A DNA stretch of 64,000 nucleotides from positions 219 through 64,218 of the IMG/VR virus record IMGVR_UViG_3300025138_000037. One strand, given 5' to 3'. Origin of the DNA: a virus. Its lineage: Duplodnaviria; Caudoviricetes. The notes below the pieces were generated by a model. The model ran no database searches. It saw nothing but the letters and a program-made list of their open reading frames with translations, and was not told the origin of the DNA. The position numbers and the translations under genes were made by a program. Shown here piece by piece: positions 47,164 to 56,914 of this stretch (position 1 is the stretch's first letter; every line of letters starts with the position of its first letter).

Positions 47164-48394
47164 TTTAAATAATTATTTGGTTGAGGATAAGAATACTCAT
47201 TTAGAACATTTAGAAGATGATATAATCAATAATGGTTATGCAGGTGGTCAAAATGCAGTAAACTTCCTTAAAGCAACGGCAGATTTACTTTCTGGTAATA
47301 GTGCTAAGAGTGTATCTGTTACCGTCAAGTGGGACGGTGCACCAGCAATAGTATGCGGACCTAATCCAGAAACTGGTAAGTTTTTTGTAGGTACAAAGTC
47401 TGTATTCAATGCTAAACCAAAGATTAATTATACTGTACAAGACATTAAGAACAATCATACTGGCGAAGTTGCCAACATATTACAAGATTGTTTGAGATAT
47501 CTTTCTGGTTTGAACATGAAAGAAATATTACAAGGGGACCTGATGTACAGGTCCTCAACACTAAAGAAAACTACTTACAAAACAAGTAGTGGCAAATCTG
47601 AGCAAATGTTTTCTTTTCAACCTAATACAATTGTTTATATGGTACCTGAAAACTCAGGTCTTGGTAGAAGAATGAACAGTAGTAAATTAGGTATTATATT
47701 TCATACAACCTATAAAGGTAATAAGATGAATAAGTTATCTGCTAAGTTTGGTGCCAATGTAAAGAAACTAAGAAAAACACCTACAGTATGGTATGATGAC
47801 GCTTCATATAAAGATGTATCAGGTCATGCAACAATGACAATAGGTGAAATGCAACAACTACAAAAGACATTAAACATGGCAGAGGGTAGTTTAAAACAAT
47901 CTAAAGAAATGTTAAACAAGATTAAAACAGAAACAAGTACATTGTCTGTAGGTGTGCAACTTAAAACATATCTTAACAGTTTTATTCGTGCAGCCACAGA
48001 TTTACCAAGTACAAAAGAAGTGGCGACAAAGTTTAGAGAATACTTTGAACAACGAACACAAAAAGAGATAGACAGTAAGAAGACAGATAAAGGTAAAGAG
48101 AAGTATATTGAAATACAAAAGAATGGTTTAAAATTTATTGATAGTCAAGGTAAACAAGTTTACTTTGCATGTGCCACTTATAAGACTTTACAAACAGCAA
48201 AGAAAATGTTAATAGATAAGTTAAATAAGGCAAAGAGTATAGGTACATTTAAAACAACGCCTAAGGGTCTACAAACAACAAATCCAGAGGGATATGTTGC
48301 AGTAGATAAAAAAGGTAAGGCAGTAAAGTTAGTAGATAGAATGGAGTTCTCTTTACAAAACTTTACAGCGGCTAAGGCATGGGATAAGGGGTAA
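47156..48394 (+). CDS. Conserved T4-like protein with RNA/DNA-ligase-type nucleotidyltransferase motifs
   Basis: TVKWDG (motif I), LQGD (III), IIFH (IIIa), EGYV (IV), AVKLVDR (V). Confidence 0.6.
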   Translation: MYSLNNYLVEDKNTHLEHLEDDIINNGYAGGQNAVNFLKATADLLSGNSAKSVSVTVKWDGAPAIVCGPNPETGKFFVGTKSVFNAKPKINYTVQDIKNNHTGEVANILQDCLRYLSGLNMKEILQGDLMYRSSTLKKTTYKTSSGKSEQMFSFQPNTIVYMVPENSGLGRRMNSSKLGIIFHTTYKGNKMNKLSAKFGANVKKLRKTPTVWYDDASYKDVSGHATMTIGEMQQLQKTLNMAEGSLKQSKEMLNKIKTETSTLSVGVQLKTYLNSFIRAATDLPSTKEVATKFREYFEQRTQKEIDSKKTDKGKEKYIEIQKNGLKFIDSQGKQVYFACATYKTLQTAKKMLIDKLNKAKSIGTFKTTPKGLQTTNPEGYVAVDKKGKAVKLVDRMEFSLQNFTAAKAWDKG

Positions 48395-48395
48395 C

Positions 48396-48917
48396 ATGAA
48401 AGAACAAGGTAAAGGTCTTTGGCATAATATCAGAATGAAAAGAAAAAAAGGGAAACCTAAGGCGAAACCTGGTGATAAAGGATATCCTGGACCAGGTGCA
48501 TTTGATAGAGCCAATGAAGAAAAAGAAAAAAGACTAACAACAAAGATTGAAGGTAGAGATTACAAAAAAGAATATGCTAAGTTTCAATCAACAAAAGAAC
48601 GTATTGCCTACCGGGCACAATTAGTAAAGTACAATAGAGACAAAGGTACTTATGGTAATGGTGACAACCTAGACGCTTCACACAAAGATGGTAAGATTGC
48701 CGGTTTTGAGAACGCTAGTAAAAACAGAGGTAGAATAGAAAAGAGTAGAGTAAAAGGCTACAAAGAAATGAGAAAAGAAAACGCACCAAATACTGCTGAC
48801 GCTATGAAAAGATACAAAGCGGGTAAAGCAGGATTTACTGACAAGGCACACCTGAAAGCAAAAGGTAAGATTCCAAGGTCAGATGGTGAGAAAAGAAAGA
48901 GCGACAAGTACAAATAA
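48396..48917 (+). CDS. Basic modular hypothetical protein with degenerate HNH-like segment
   Basis: GLWHNIRMKR module; RDYKKEY...GNGDNLDASH....NASKNRGR. Confidence 0.55.
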   Translation: MKEQGKGLWHNIRMKRKKGKPKAKPGDKGYPGPGAFDRANEEKEKRLTTKIEGRDYKKEYAKFQSTKERIAYRAQLVKYNRDKGTYGNGDNLDASHKDGKIAGFENASKNRGRIEKSRVKGYKEMRKENAPNTADAMKRYKAGKAGFTDKAHLKAKGKIPRSDGEKRKSDKYK

Positions 48918-50674
48918 TGAAAACGTTAAAAGAATTACTATCAAAAGGTTCAGTAGGTCGTAAGCAACCTGTAGTGTTTGCCTTTGGCAGATTTAATCCG
49001 CCAACTGTAGGACATCAAAAACTAATTGATAGAGTAATAACAATGGCAAAACGAGTGAAAGGTTTGCCTGTATTGTATGTAAGTGCTTCACAAGATAAAA
49101 AGAAGAATCCACTTACAGCAAAACAAAAATTAGATTATTTGAAGAAAGTATATCCAAGAGGTATCAAATTATTACCTGCTACAAATAAAGAGAGAACATT
49201 CATGGAGATACTAAAGAACAATTTTGACAAGAAATATACTGATGTTTATATGATTGCAGGTAGTGATAGAGTAGCAGAATTTAAAAGATTAATTAAGAGT
49301 TATAACGGTAAAGATTATAACTTTGATACAGTAAATGTGGTAAGTGCAGGTGAGAGAGACCCAGACGCTGATGGCGTATCAGGTATCTCAGCAAGTAAGA
49401 TGAGGGAGTTTGCCACAAGAAATGACTATAAAAATTTTAGGAGTAACCTTATGACAGGCACAAAGGAGAAGGATGCCATGAAACTATTTAAAGACCTTAA
49501 AAACCAAATGGGCGTTAGAGAGAACATGTTAGCACCTAGTGACAATGACAAAGAATTAAGAGAAGAATACCACAACAATGAAATCTTTAATATTAATGAA
49601 TATGTTGAAAACAAAAAAGATGGCAGTGTTGGAAAAATAATTAAAAGAGGACCAAACTATGTACAATATGAAATGGAAGACGGTGGTGTACAGAAAGCAT
49701 GGTTAGAAGACTTAGCACCTAGTGAAAGCTTAGACAGAGATTTACAAGTAGAGAGTGTTGACAAAAAGAAATTAGTATTACAAAAGAATAGTGAACAACT
49801 AAAATCTTTTAAAACATTTGACGAAGAAATTGATTCTGCTAAAGACGCACAGAAAAAAGATAAAGAAAAAAAGAAAGTAGATAAGGTAAGAAAAATGCCT
49901 CAGACTACACCAGGACAACCGGCAGTGACAGACATTGATAACTGGACACAAGGACCTGACAATGCAGACCAAATCAAAACAATGAGAACATTCAATAATA
50001 AAACACCAGGACAGGATAGAGATTATTCTAAACTGATAACAACAAGAAAGTTTCAAAAGTTTGAAGGTACTGATAAGACAAGACAGGATCCTGATGTTGC
50101 AGATAAAAAAGGTACACAACCGGCAAAGTATTACTCTGGTTTATCTAAATCTACAAAGTCAGCGAGAGACGCTCACTTTAAAAAGAAAACAAAGGTAGAT
50201 GATGATAGTCCATCAGCATATACACCGGCACCTGGCGATAGTAAAGGTAAAACGAAACCTAGTGTACATACAAAGAAGTTTAAACAAATGTATGGTGAAG
50301 ATACAGAGGTACTATCTCTTAATGACGTGAAGATGTGGGCATTAGAAACCTCCACTATCAACAAGTTCAAAGACCGTTATCAAACTGAGTGGCGTATAGA
50401 ATTAGACAAGGCTGTTGCAGACCTTTTAGAACAAGTAGAAATAGAAGAAAGCAAAGAAGCAGGTTTAAAGAAGAAAGCAGAGAAATCTGGTATGCCAATT
50501 GGTGTGTTAAGAAAAGTATATAACAGAGGCATGGCTGCATGGCGTACAGGACATAGACCAGGTACAACACCACAACAATGGGCGATGGCAAGAGTTAATA
50601 GTTTTGTGACTAAATCATCTGGTACATGGGGTAAAGCAGATAGTGACTTAGCTAAACAAGTAAGAGGTAAATAG
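48917..50674 (+). CDS. Cytidyltransferase-like (HIGH-superfamily) multidomain protein
   Basis: FGRFNPPTVGH, AGSDR, SAGERDPD, ISASKMR; C-terminal VYNRGMAAWRTGHRPG.TPQQWAMARVNSF module. Confidence 0.85.
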   Translation: MKTLKELLSKGSVGRKQPVVFAFGRFNPPTVGHQKLIDRVITMAKRVKGLPVLYVSASQDKKKNPLTAKQKLDYLKKVYPRGIKLLPATNKERTFMEILKNNFDKKYTDVYMIAGSDRVAEFKRLIKSYNGKDYNFDTVNVVSAGERDPDADGVSGISASKMREFATRNDYKNFRSNLMTGTKEKDAMKLFKDLKNQMGVRENMLAPSDNDKELREEYHNNEIFNINEYVENKKDGSVGKIIKRGPNYVQYEMEDGGVQKAWLEDLAPSESLDRDLQVESVDKKKLVLQKNSEQLKSFKTFDEEIDSAKDAQKKDKEKKKVDKVRKMPQTTPGQPAVTDIDNWTQGPDNADQIKTMRTFNNKTPGQDRDYSKLITTRKFQKFEGTDKTRQDPDVADKKGTQPAKYYSGLSKSTKSARDAHFKKKTKVDDDSPSAYTPAPGDSKGKTKPSVHTKKFKQMYGEDTEVLSLNDVKMWALETSTINKFKDRYQTEWRIELDKAVADLLEQVEIEESKEAGLKKKAEKSGMPIGVLRKVYNRGMAAWRTGHRPGTTPQQWAMARVNSFVTKSSGTWGKADSDLAKQVRGK

Positions 50675-50675
50675 T

Positions 50676-51026
50676 ATGAAAATCAAAACAATGAAACAAG
50701 TAGAAGAAATTGATTTGGTATGTGAGGGTATGATATATGAACATGAAGAAGAAGGAATCATGGAAGCAGAATATCAAGGCAAGAAAGTTACTTTAAATGA
50801 CCCTGTAAGAGGTGGCACGAAAAAGTTTTATGTCTATGTAAAGAATGCTAAAGGTAACATTGTGAAAGTATCTTTTGGTGATCCTAACATGAGTATTAAC
50901 CGTGATGACCCAGGTGCTAGAAAGTCTTTCAGAGCGAGACATAACTGTGACCAGAAAAAAGATAAGACAACCGCAGGCTATTGGTCATGTTATCAATGGC
51001 GAGCAGGTGCTAAGGTTGATAATTAG
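50676..51026 (+). CDS. Conserved hypothetical protein
   Basis: EAEYQGKKV.LN.P, KKFYVYV, VSFGDP, RKSFRARHNC, AGYWSC. Confidence 0.75.
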   Translation: MKIKTMKQVEEIDLVCEGMIYEHEEEGIMEAEYQGKKVTLNDPVRGGTKKFYVYVKNAKGNIVKVSFGDPNMSINRDDPGARKSFRARHNCDQKKDKTTAGYWSCYQWRAGAKVDN

Positions 51027-51034
51027 TATAAATA
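51027..51034 (+). promoter_or_regulatory. T4-type late promoter TATAAATA
   Basis: Exact consensus followed by GTAACA, as at 53507. Confidence 0.75.
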
Positions 51035-51052
51035 GTAACACGGAGAGAAAAA

Positions 51053-52129
51053 ATGAGATATAGTACAACTATGGCACAAATCCACGAACAGATGATGTTT
51101 GAGGAATACATTGATGGTGTTTTACAATTAGATGATGAAGCATTTGAAGAATACTATGATAGTTTGGATGCGAGCCAACAACAAGAATTAGAAGAAGTAA
51201 TTGGTAAAATTGCAAAAGGAATAGGCAAAGTTGCTGTATCTCCTATTACTTTACCATTTAAGGCAGTAAAAGGTCTTGCTAAAGGTGCGGCTAAAGTGGC
51301 GAAAGGTGCGGCTAAGGCAGTAACATCTAAACCAGCCAAAGCTGCCGGTAGTGCTGTTGCTAAAGGTGCAGGCGCAGCGGCAAAAGGTGCAGTTGGTGGT
51401 ATTAAGAAACTTGCAAAAAGACTTTCAACAACAGGTCGAGCAGACGCTGCTGCAAAAAAAGCAGACGCAATCGCAAAGAGAACATCTGAAAGAGAAAGAC
51501 TGGCAAAAGAAAAAGAACGTGTAGATACTGAAAGACAAAAAGCAAAAGACAGTATGAAGAAGGACATTGAAAAAGAAAAAACTACCTCTGCTGAATATGA
51601 GCCTAAAGATGATAAGAAACATAAGGACATGAAAGAAGACTATGAGACAACTCTTGTAGAATTTACATCTTCACAAATCGCAAGATTGAAAAAAGAGTAT
51701 GAAAGTTTAAGAGGCAAAGAAACTGGCGCTAGTCCAGAAAAGTTTGCCAAACTTCGTAAGATAATGGATAGATTTAGTAAGAAACAATTACTACAACTTG
51801 TGAAGGCAGATATACCTATTCTTACATCAGGTGCTAAATCAAAGTTAGTTATTAAGTATGGTATGAAGTGGAAACAATTACCAGAAGAATTAATACCTTA
51901 CATAGAGGTATTTGCTAGTGATGAGAAAGAACTAGGTGAGGAAAAGAAAAGTAATTTTAAAGAAGTTGATCCTAAAGTGATAGATAGGATTGAAAAAATG
52001 ATGAGAGGTAGTAGACAAGAAAAAGATTCTATTGCTAATATGTTGAATTATTTCATGCCACCAGAAGTAGTGGACATGGTAAGATATAAACTAAAGATAC
52101 CGCAAAAACGTGGTAAGATTAAATTTTAA
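51053..52129 (+). CDS. Hypothetical protein with Ala/Lys/Gly-rich (histone H1-like) repeats
   Basis: AKGAAKVAKGAAKA repeats; 21-nt-period tandem at 51281-51315. Confidence 0.7.
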   Translation: MRYSTTMAQIHEQMMFEEYIDGVLQLDDEAFEEYYDSLDASQQQELEEVIGKIAKGIGKVAVSPITLPFKAVKGLAKGAAKVAKGAAKAVTSKPAKAAGSAVAKGAGAAAKGAVGGIKKLAKRLSTTGRADAAAKKADAIAKRTSERERLAKEKERVDTERQKAKDSMKKDIEKEKTTSAEYEPKDDKKHKDMKEDYETTLVEFTSSQIARLKKEYESLRGKETGASPEKFAKLRKIMDRFSKKQLLQLVKADIPILTSGAKSKLVIKYGMKWKQLPEELIPYIEVFASDEKELGEEKKSNFKEVDPKVIDRIEKMMRGSRQEKDSIANMLNYFMPPEVVDMVRYKLKIPQKRGKIKF

Positions 52130-52140
52130 GGGAGACTAAA

Positions 52141-52923
52141 ATGACAAATAAAATACATGGCTGGAATAGTTCTTACTTTGGTGAGGCAAAACCCGGCAGT
52201 TTAAAAGATGTAATCAATGGGATTACTGACAAACAAAATGCATTAGTAGGTGATAAACCTGTTGTTGCAGACCCAATTACACCTGAACAAGTAGCAAACA
52301 AAGAAAAGTTTCAACAAGAAGAAAAATACACAGTATCTATTGAAACAAACAAGAATGATAAATCTGATGATGGTGAAGGTATGGACGCTGTTCAACCTAA
52401 AGCAGTAAAAAAGAAGTTTGCTAACAGAAAAGATAAAGATATTGACAACGATGGTGATGTAGATAGTTCAGACAAGTTCTTACACAAAAGACGTAAAGCA
52501 GTATCTAAAGCAATGGCAAAAGAGAAACACACTAAAGACCATGACGAAGATGAAAAAGAAGAAGGTAACGCTTTTGGTAAAGCATTACAAGCCGCTAAAG
52601 AAAAAGGTGAAAAAACATTCGTAGTATCTGGCAAAAAATTTGATGTGAAAACAAAAAAAGAAATGAAAGATGACGAAGAAGAAAAGCCTATCAAAGCAAA
52701 CAAAGACAAAAATGGCGTAGAAGTACATGGCGAATCAACTGATTGGGAAAGAGTTAGAGAGTTCAAAGTATCATCTATGAAACAGGCATTAGCTCAAGTA
52801 TATGGTGAAGCATTAAAAGATGATGATACACCAGAAGTAAAAGATACTATCAAAGGTCTTAAAAAGGCTAGTGGGTTACATGCTAAACAGGCAAAGTCAT
52901 TAGAAAAACAGATTAAAGACTAA
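52141..52923 (+). CDS. Hypothetical charged protein with DxDxDGD (EF-hand-like) motif
   Basis: DKDIDNDGDVDSSDKFLHKRRKA. Confidence 0.65.
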   Translation: MTNKIHGWNSSYFGEAKPGSLKDVINGITDKQNALVGDKPVVADPITPEQVANKEKFQQEEKYTVSIETNKNDKSDDGEGMDAVQPKAVKKKFANRKDKDIDNDGDVDSSDKFLHKRRKAVSKAMAKEKHTKDHDEDEKEEGNAFGKALQAAKEKGEKTFVVSGKKFDVKTKKEMKDDEEEKPIKANKDKNGVEVHGESTDWERVREFKVSSMKQALAQVYGEALKDDDTPEVKDTIKGLKKASGLHAKQAKSLEKQIKD

Positions 52924-52924
52924 A

Positions 52925-53515
52925 ATGAAATATTCCGCTTTGGCGGAGACAGTACATGGCATCCATATTATACAGGAAGCAGATAGTCTCCCAACTATTT
53001 ACTGTGATATGGATGGTGTTCTGGTGGATTTCAACCAAGGCATACAAAATATGTTTAAGGTTAAGTCTAAAGACCCTTCACAACCTGGTCCCATGCAAAT
53101 GGCAGGATATTCTGACGCTAATGATTGGCTAAAAGCGCCAATGACGGCACAAAAATGGCAACCTATCACTAACTATGGCATGTTTTGGCCTACACTACCG
53201 TGGATGAAAGACGGTCTAAAGTTGTGGTCCTATATAAGAAAGTTCAATCCTCATATACTATCTGCTTATACACCCTATGATAAGAATAGTATACGAGGTA
53301 AACAATTATGGATACAACGTAATCTAAAGATTAAGGATTCAAGTAAGATACACTTAGTAAGAAGACAAGAAAAGAGAGTATATGCCAATGGTAATGTACT
53401 TATTGATGATTATGGTAAGAATGTGAAAGAATGGAAGGCATACAAAGGTATTCCTATCAAACATAAAAATACGGCAACTACTATTTCAGCTTTAAGAAAA
53501 CTAGGTTATAAATAG
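52925..53515 (+). CDS. HAD-superfamily 5'(3')-nucleotidase/phosphatase
   Basis: IYCDMDGVLVDF, ILSA, GKQLWI, VLIDD..KN..EW. Confidence 0.88.
   Translation: MKYSALAETVHGIHIIQEADSLPTIYCDMDGVLVDFNQGIQNMFKVKSKDPSQPGPMQMAGYSDANDWLKAPMTAQKWQPITNYGMFWPTLPWMKDGLKLWSYIRKFNPHILSAYTPYDKNSIRGKQLWIQRNLKIKDSSKIHLVRRQEKRVYANGNVLIDDYGKNVKEWKAYKGIPIKHKNTATTISALRKLGYK
53507..53514 (+). promoter_or_regulatory. T4-type late promoter TATAAATA
   Basis: Exact consensus. Confidence 0.75.
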
Positions 53516-53553
53516 TAACAGTTATATAACAAACTTAATTAAGGAGAATTAAA

Positions 53554-54303
53554 ATGGGACTATGGGGAAAATCTACTTCCGCGGATAGTAGACCAAAGTT
53601 TCTGAAAGGTGACGGCGCTGAAGGTGCAGGGGGCAAACAAGAAGACGCTCTAGCAACTACAAGAGGCTGGGAACTAAAAGCAGGAACAGCGGCAAGCGGA
53701 AACGACAACGCTAATGCTCAAAGTGAGATATTAGTTTCAATAGGCGGATTGTCTGCTACTCTTGGAGCAGCTAACATAATGTCTGTTGACTTTACAGCAG
53801 GAACTTACGCACACGATGGCAGTGATGACTTTGACTTAGTATATACTTTTGACGAAGCAGTTACAGTTACATCAGCGGCAGCAACAGCGAACAATACAAT
53901 TTCAAACAAAGTACATGTAAATGTACAATGTTTAGGACCAACTGATATGGCAAATGATGGTGCAATGGAACTTCAATACCATTCAGGTTCAGGTACCAAC
54001 AAATTAACATTCAGAGGAAGAATACCTTCAGCAGCAGTTGCAGGTGGTTACATTGCAGACCTTAACGGTACATTTGCAATGGCAACAGACGGTTCTTCAG
54101 CAATTGTTGATGGTAACGGAACAACAGTAGCGGCAGCAGATGCAGACCACGATGGTGGTTCAGCGGCAGCAGGTGCTGATGGCGCAAGTGCAATCTTTGG
54201 AACTGATGTTGTAAAAACAGGTTCAACAGTAAATACTCTAACAACAACAGCTGGTTCATCCAGTGGTTCAGTTGCAGTATTAACTGGCGTTGTATTTGGA
54301 TAA
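53554..54303 (+). CDS. Putative virion structural protein (head decoration/fibre-like)
   Basis: MGLWG N-terminus, FDEAVTV, YHSGSGTNKLTF (Ig-like); Gly/Ala/Thr-rich; late promoter. Confidence 0.6.
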   Translation: MGLWGKSTSADSRPKFLKGDGAEGAGGKQEDALATTRGWELKAGTAASGNDNANAQSEILVSIGGLSATLGAANIMSVDFTAGTYAHDGSDDFDLVYTFDEAVTVTSAAATANNTISNKVHVNVQCLGPTDMANDGAMELQYHSGSGTNKLTFRGRIPSAAVAGGYIADLNGTFAMATDGSSAIVDGNGTTVAAADADHDGGSAAAGADGASAIFGTDVVKTGSTVNTLTTTAGSSSGSVAVLTGVVFG

Positions 54304-54316
54304 TAAATAGAATTAA

Positions 54317-54397
54317 ATGGGGAGGTAATCTCCCCATATAATGATGGTAGTTAAGCATATGCGTACTACCAGTAGCATTCCCCTAATACATACGGGG
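54317..54397 (+). ncRNA. Candidate structured 5' UTR / ncRNA with three hairpins
   Basis: ATGGGGAG/CTCCCCAT; TGGTAG...CTACCA; CCCC/GGGG; follows AATAAATA (54302). Confidence 0.4.
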
Positions 54398-54417
54398 TTT
54401 ATATAAGGAGAAAAGAC

Positions 54418-55089
54418 ATGGCTGATAAAAAAATTACAGCATTAACTGACCTAGGTTCTGGTAACATAGCGTCAGCTGACTTATTACATGTTATTGATGA
54501 TCCATCTGGAACACCAATTAACAAAAAAATATCTATAGCGAGTATGTTCGCTTCAATACCAACAGCAGTATCAATTAACCCTGGTGCTTCCGCTAACATT
54601 ACTTTCAATAGTGACGCTACGGATTCAGACTTTATTGTATCAAATGACAATGAAGAGGCATTTAGATGTGATGGTGCAAATAGAGAAGTAGTTATCAACG
54701 AAGCTTCTGGTCAAACAGACTTTAGAGCAGAAACTAATTCTTACGCTAGTGCATTACTAGTTGACGCTTCTGCTGACCAAGTACAAATCAATGCAACACC
54801 AGTTTTTGGGTTAACTCAATTACTTACAGGTGCAGGTGCAATTGATGTAGTATCTGCTATCACAGAGGTAGTATCTACAGGTGCTCAAGCAGGAACTTTT
54901 GCTGATGGTGTCGAAGGACAAATCAAGTTTATAGTAATGAAAACTGACGGTGGTGATTTTACCATTACACCAACAAACTTTAATAGTGGTTCAACAATCG
55001 CTTTAAATACTGCTGGTGACGCTGTACTATTGTTATTTACAAATAGTGCATGGTACTTAATTTCAAACCAAGGTGCTACTATAGCATAA
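54418..55089 (+). CDS. Putative virion structural protein (fibre-like)
   Basis: [12 protein letters not shown]...DLLHVIDD...NKKI; [14 protein letters not shown]...GDAVLLLF...WY. Confidence 0.6.
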   Translation: MADKKITALTDLGSGNIASADLLHVIDDPSGTPINKKISIASMFASIPTAVSINPGASANITFNSDATDSDFIVSNDNEEAFRCDGANREVVINEASGQTDFRAETNSYASALLVDASADQVQINATPVFGLTQLLTGAGAIDVVSAITEVVSTGAQAGTFADGVEGQIKFIVMKTDGGDFTITPTNFNSGSTIALNTAGDAVLLLFTNSAWYLISNQGATIA

Positions 55090-55096
55090 ATCATAT

Positions 55097-55120
55097 AGGG
55101 GGCACTTGTTGCCCCCTTTT
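55097..55120 (+). terminator. Rho-independent terminator
   Basis: AGGGGGCA-CTTGT-TGCCCCC-TTTT. Confidence 0.75.
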
Positions 55121-55134
55121 ACTATGGAGATACA

Positions 55135-55320
55135 ATGAAAGAACAACTTGAAGCGAAGAAAACACAGTTACTAGAAAATAAAAAGATAGTAGAGGGTCAA
55201 ATACAAGAAGGCACTAGACTATTAGAAAAGGCGAGGGCAGACTTGAACGCAATATTAGGTGCAATTCAGGTAGTCAATCAACTTTTAGAAGAAGGTGATA
55301 AAGATGGCACAAAAGATTAG
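55135..55320 (+). CDS. Small coiled-coil hypothetical protein
   Basis: RBS GGAG; heptad pattern. Confidence 0.6.
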   Translation: MKEQLEAKKTQLLENKKIVEGQIQEGTRLLEKARADLNAILGAIQVVNQLLEEGDKDGTKD

Positions 55321-55516
55321 ATATGGTGCAGGTGGCGTTCCTTACTACGAACAAACCTCAGACATTGAAAAAGAACAAAAAGATTTAGAAGCGTCTTTGA
55401 AACAATCAAAAGCGGCAAAAGCAGAGAGAGTGACAAAGAAAAAGAAAAAAGTAATCCAGGAAATCATGGGAGATGACCTGAAAGAACAAAGGGAGTTATT
55501 AGATGAAATCATTTAA
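55304..55516 (+). CDS. Hypothetical protein
   Basis: Coupled ORF; start set to ATG 55304. Confidence 0.55.
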   Translation: MAQKIRYGAGGVPYYEQTSDIEKEQKDLEASLKQSKAAKAERVTKKKKKVIQEIMGDDLKEQRELLDEII

Positions 55517-55934
55517 AGAGTTTGACAACAAACAGATAGATGAAGTATTGTCTTCAACTACTCCAGTAAATGCACCTGCTGAAAGTGATATGGCATTAAA
55601 CGATATAACAAATGACGAGATTGTTAGCCGTATCAATAAGTTTGTTGGTTCAATTGCATCCATGGAACACATTAATCCTATGGCAGCAGTAAATCACTTA
55701 CGAAGCAAGTTGCACGGTTTAGGGGTAGAGTTTGCAGGTGATACGGAGTTACCTGAAGACGCTAAAGACGGAACAATTAAAATACCATTAAGTAAATTTG
55801 GTGGTGTGTATGGAAAAACAGGTGAAGAACCTGCAGGTGAGGTAAAAAATGATGATGGTATAGTAAGAAGTTTATCACTTACATACGAAACATTAAAAAA
55901 CGGAGCATGCAAGGTTTACGCTAAATTAGTTTAG
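55503..55934 (+). CDS. Hypothetical protein with capsid-targeting-like N-terminus
   Basis: MKSFKEF...IDE; KFGGVYGK. Confidence 0.65.
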   Translation: MKSFKEFDNKQIDEVLSSTTPVNAPAESDMALNDITNDEIVSRINKFVGSIASMEHINPMAAVNHLRSKLHGLGVEFAGDTELPEDAKDGTIKIPLSKFGGVYGKTGEEPAGEVKNDDGIVRSLSLTYETLKNGACKVYAKLV

Positions 55935-55942
55935 GACCTAGA

Positions 55943-56308
55943 ATGAGATTTGATAAGCTGACTAAGGGCAATGTCCTGATGTTCGCAATACAAAATTATG
56001 ACAATCCTCAAGCAGAGGGTGAAAAAGAGTTTTATGATGACATGAAACGCTTTAAGTATCTTAAACGCTTGTTTAAGAAATTCAGTAAGACTGGCATACT
56101 TAAAGAACGATTGATTATGAACCACATAATTGTGTTAGCAAATGTGTTTGGTCCAGAAGCAGTTAAAGTTTTATTATTCTTTAAAGTTGACCAGATGTTC
56201 TGGCCACAATTAAAGACTTTTTTGATATTTCTAAATTATATGACTATGGACGAGTTGACACAAATCTCACTAGATTATAAACTATTAGAAACCTTGAAAG
56301 GAATATAA
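55943..56308 (+). CDS. Conserved T4-like hypothetical protein
   Basis: FAIQNYDNPQ..EFYDDMKRFKYLKRL, ERLIMNHIIVL.NVFG. Confidence 0.8.
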   Translation: MRFDKLTKGNVLMFAIQNYDNPQAEGEKEFYDDMKRFKYLKRLFKKFSKTGILKERLIMNHIIVLANVFGPEAVKVLLFFKVDQMFWPQLKTFLIFLNYMTMDELTQISLDYKLLETLKGI

Positions 56309-56914
56309 ATGGCAAGTAGAGCAATAGACGCTTTTATTACTTTTCGTTTTTTAAAACTACTGGTCACACCTTTTGATAAGACTGAGGCATTTAAACTTGG
56401 TATTATTGATAACAGGGGTAAAGTATTAAGAAGATATAAGACACTTGAGCGAATAGAAGAAAGGCAAGCATATACTATTTTACACAGGCTCGTTTTCAAT
56501 ATAAAGAAATTAATTGAAAAAATTCCTGGTGGTAAGTCCAGATTGGCGAGTTATGCGGCCGCTCTATTTCTTATTAAAGAACATGTAAGTGAAATGAACG
56601 ATAGTGATGGAGAATTACTTGAAAAAGAGTTTTATAAATACTTAAAAGAGCATGATTTATTAGTTGAAGAAGATAACTCAATACAAGAAGATATTGCCTT
56701 CGCTGATAAATTATTAAAAGGTTCTTACAGATTAGTACAAGATGTAGGAACAGATGAGGATGATAAAGTGATTGGAAAGACAGGCGACATGGTAACAGTA
56801 TATGCTGATACAAACGCCAAAGATAATGTTATGGGACAAGATGTATTTGAGGTTATACATGATAAAACAAAAGATGTTTTATTAGTAACAGTAGAGGATA
56901 TAGAAGAAGCATGA
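56309..56914 (+). CDS. Conserved T4-like hypothetical protein
   Basis: FRFLKLLVTPFDKTEAFKLGIID, HRLVFNIKKL, SYAAALFLIKE. Confidence 0.8.
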   Translation: MASRAIDAFITFRFLKLLVTPFDKTEAFKLGIIDNRGKVLRRYKTLERIEERQAYTILHRLVFNIKKLIEKIPGGKSRLASYAAALFLIKEHVSEMNDSDGELLEKEFYKYLKEHDLLVEEDNSIQEDIAFADKLLKGSYRLVQDVGTDEDDKVIGKTGDMVTVYADTNAKDNVMGQDVFEVIHDKTKDVLLVTVEDIEEA

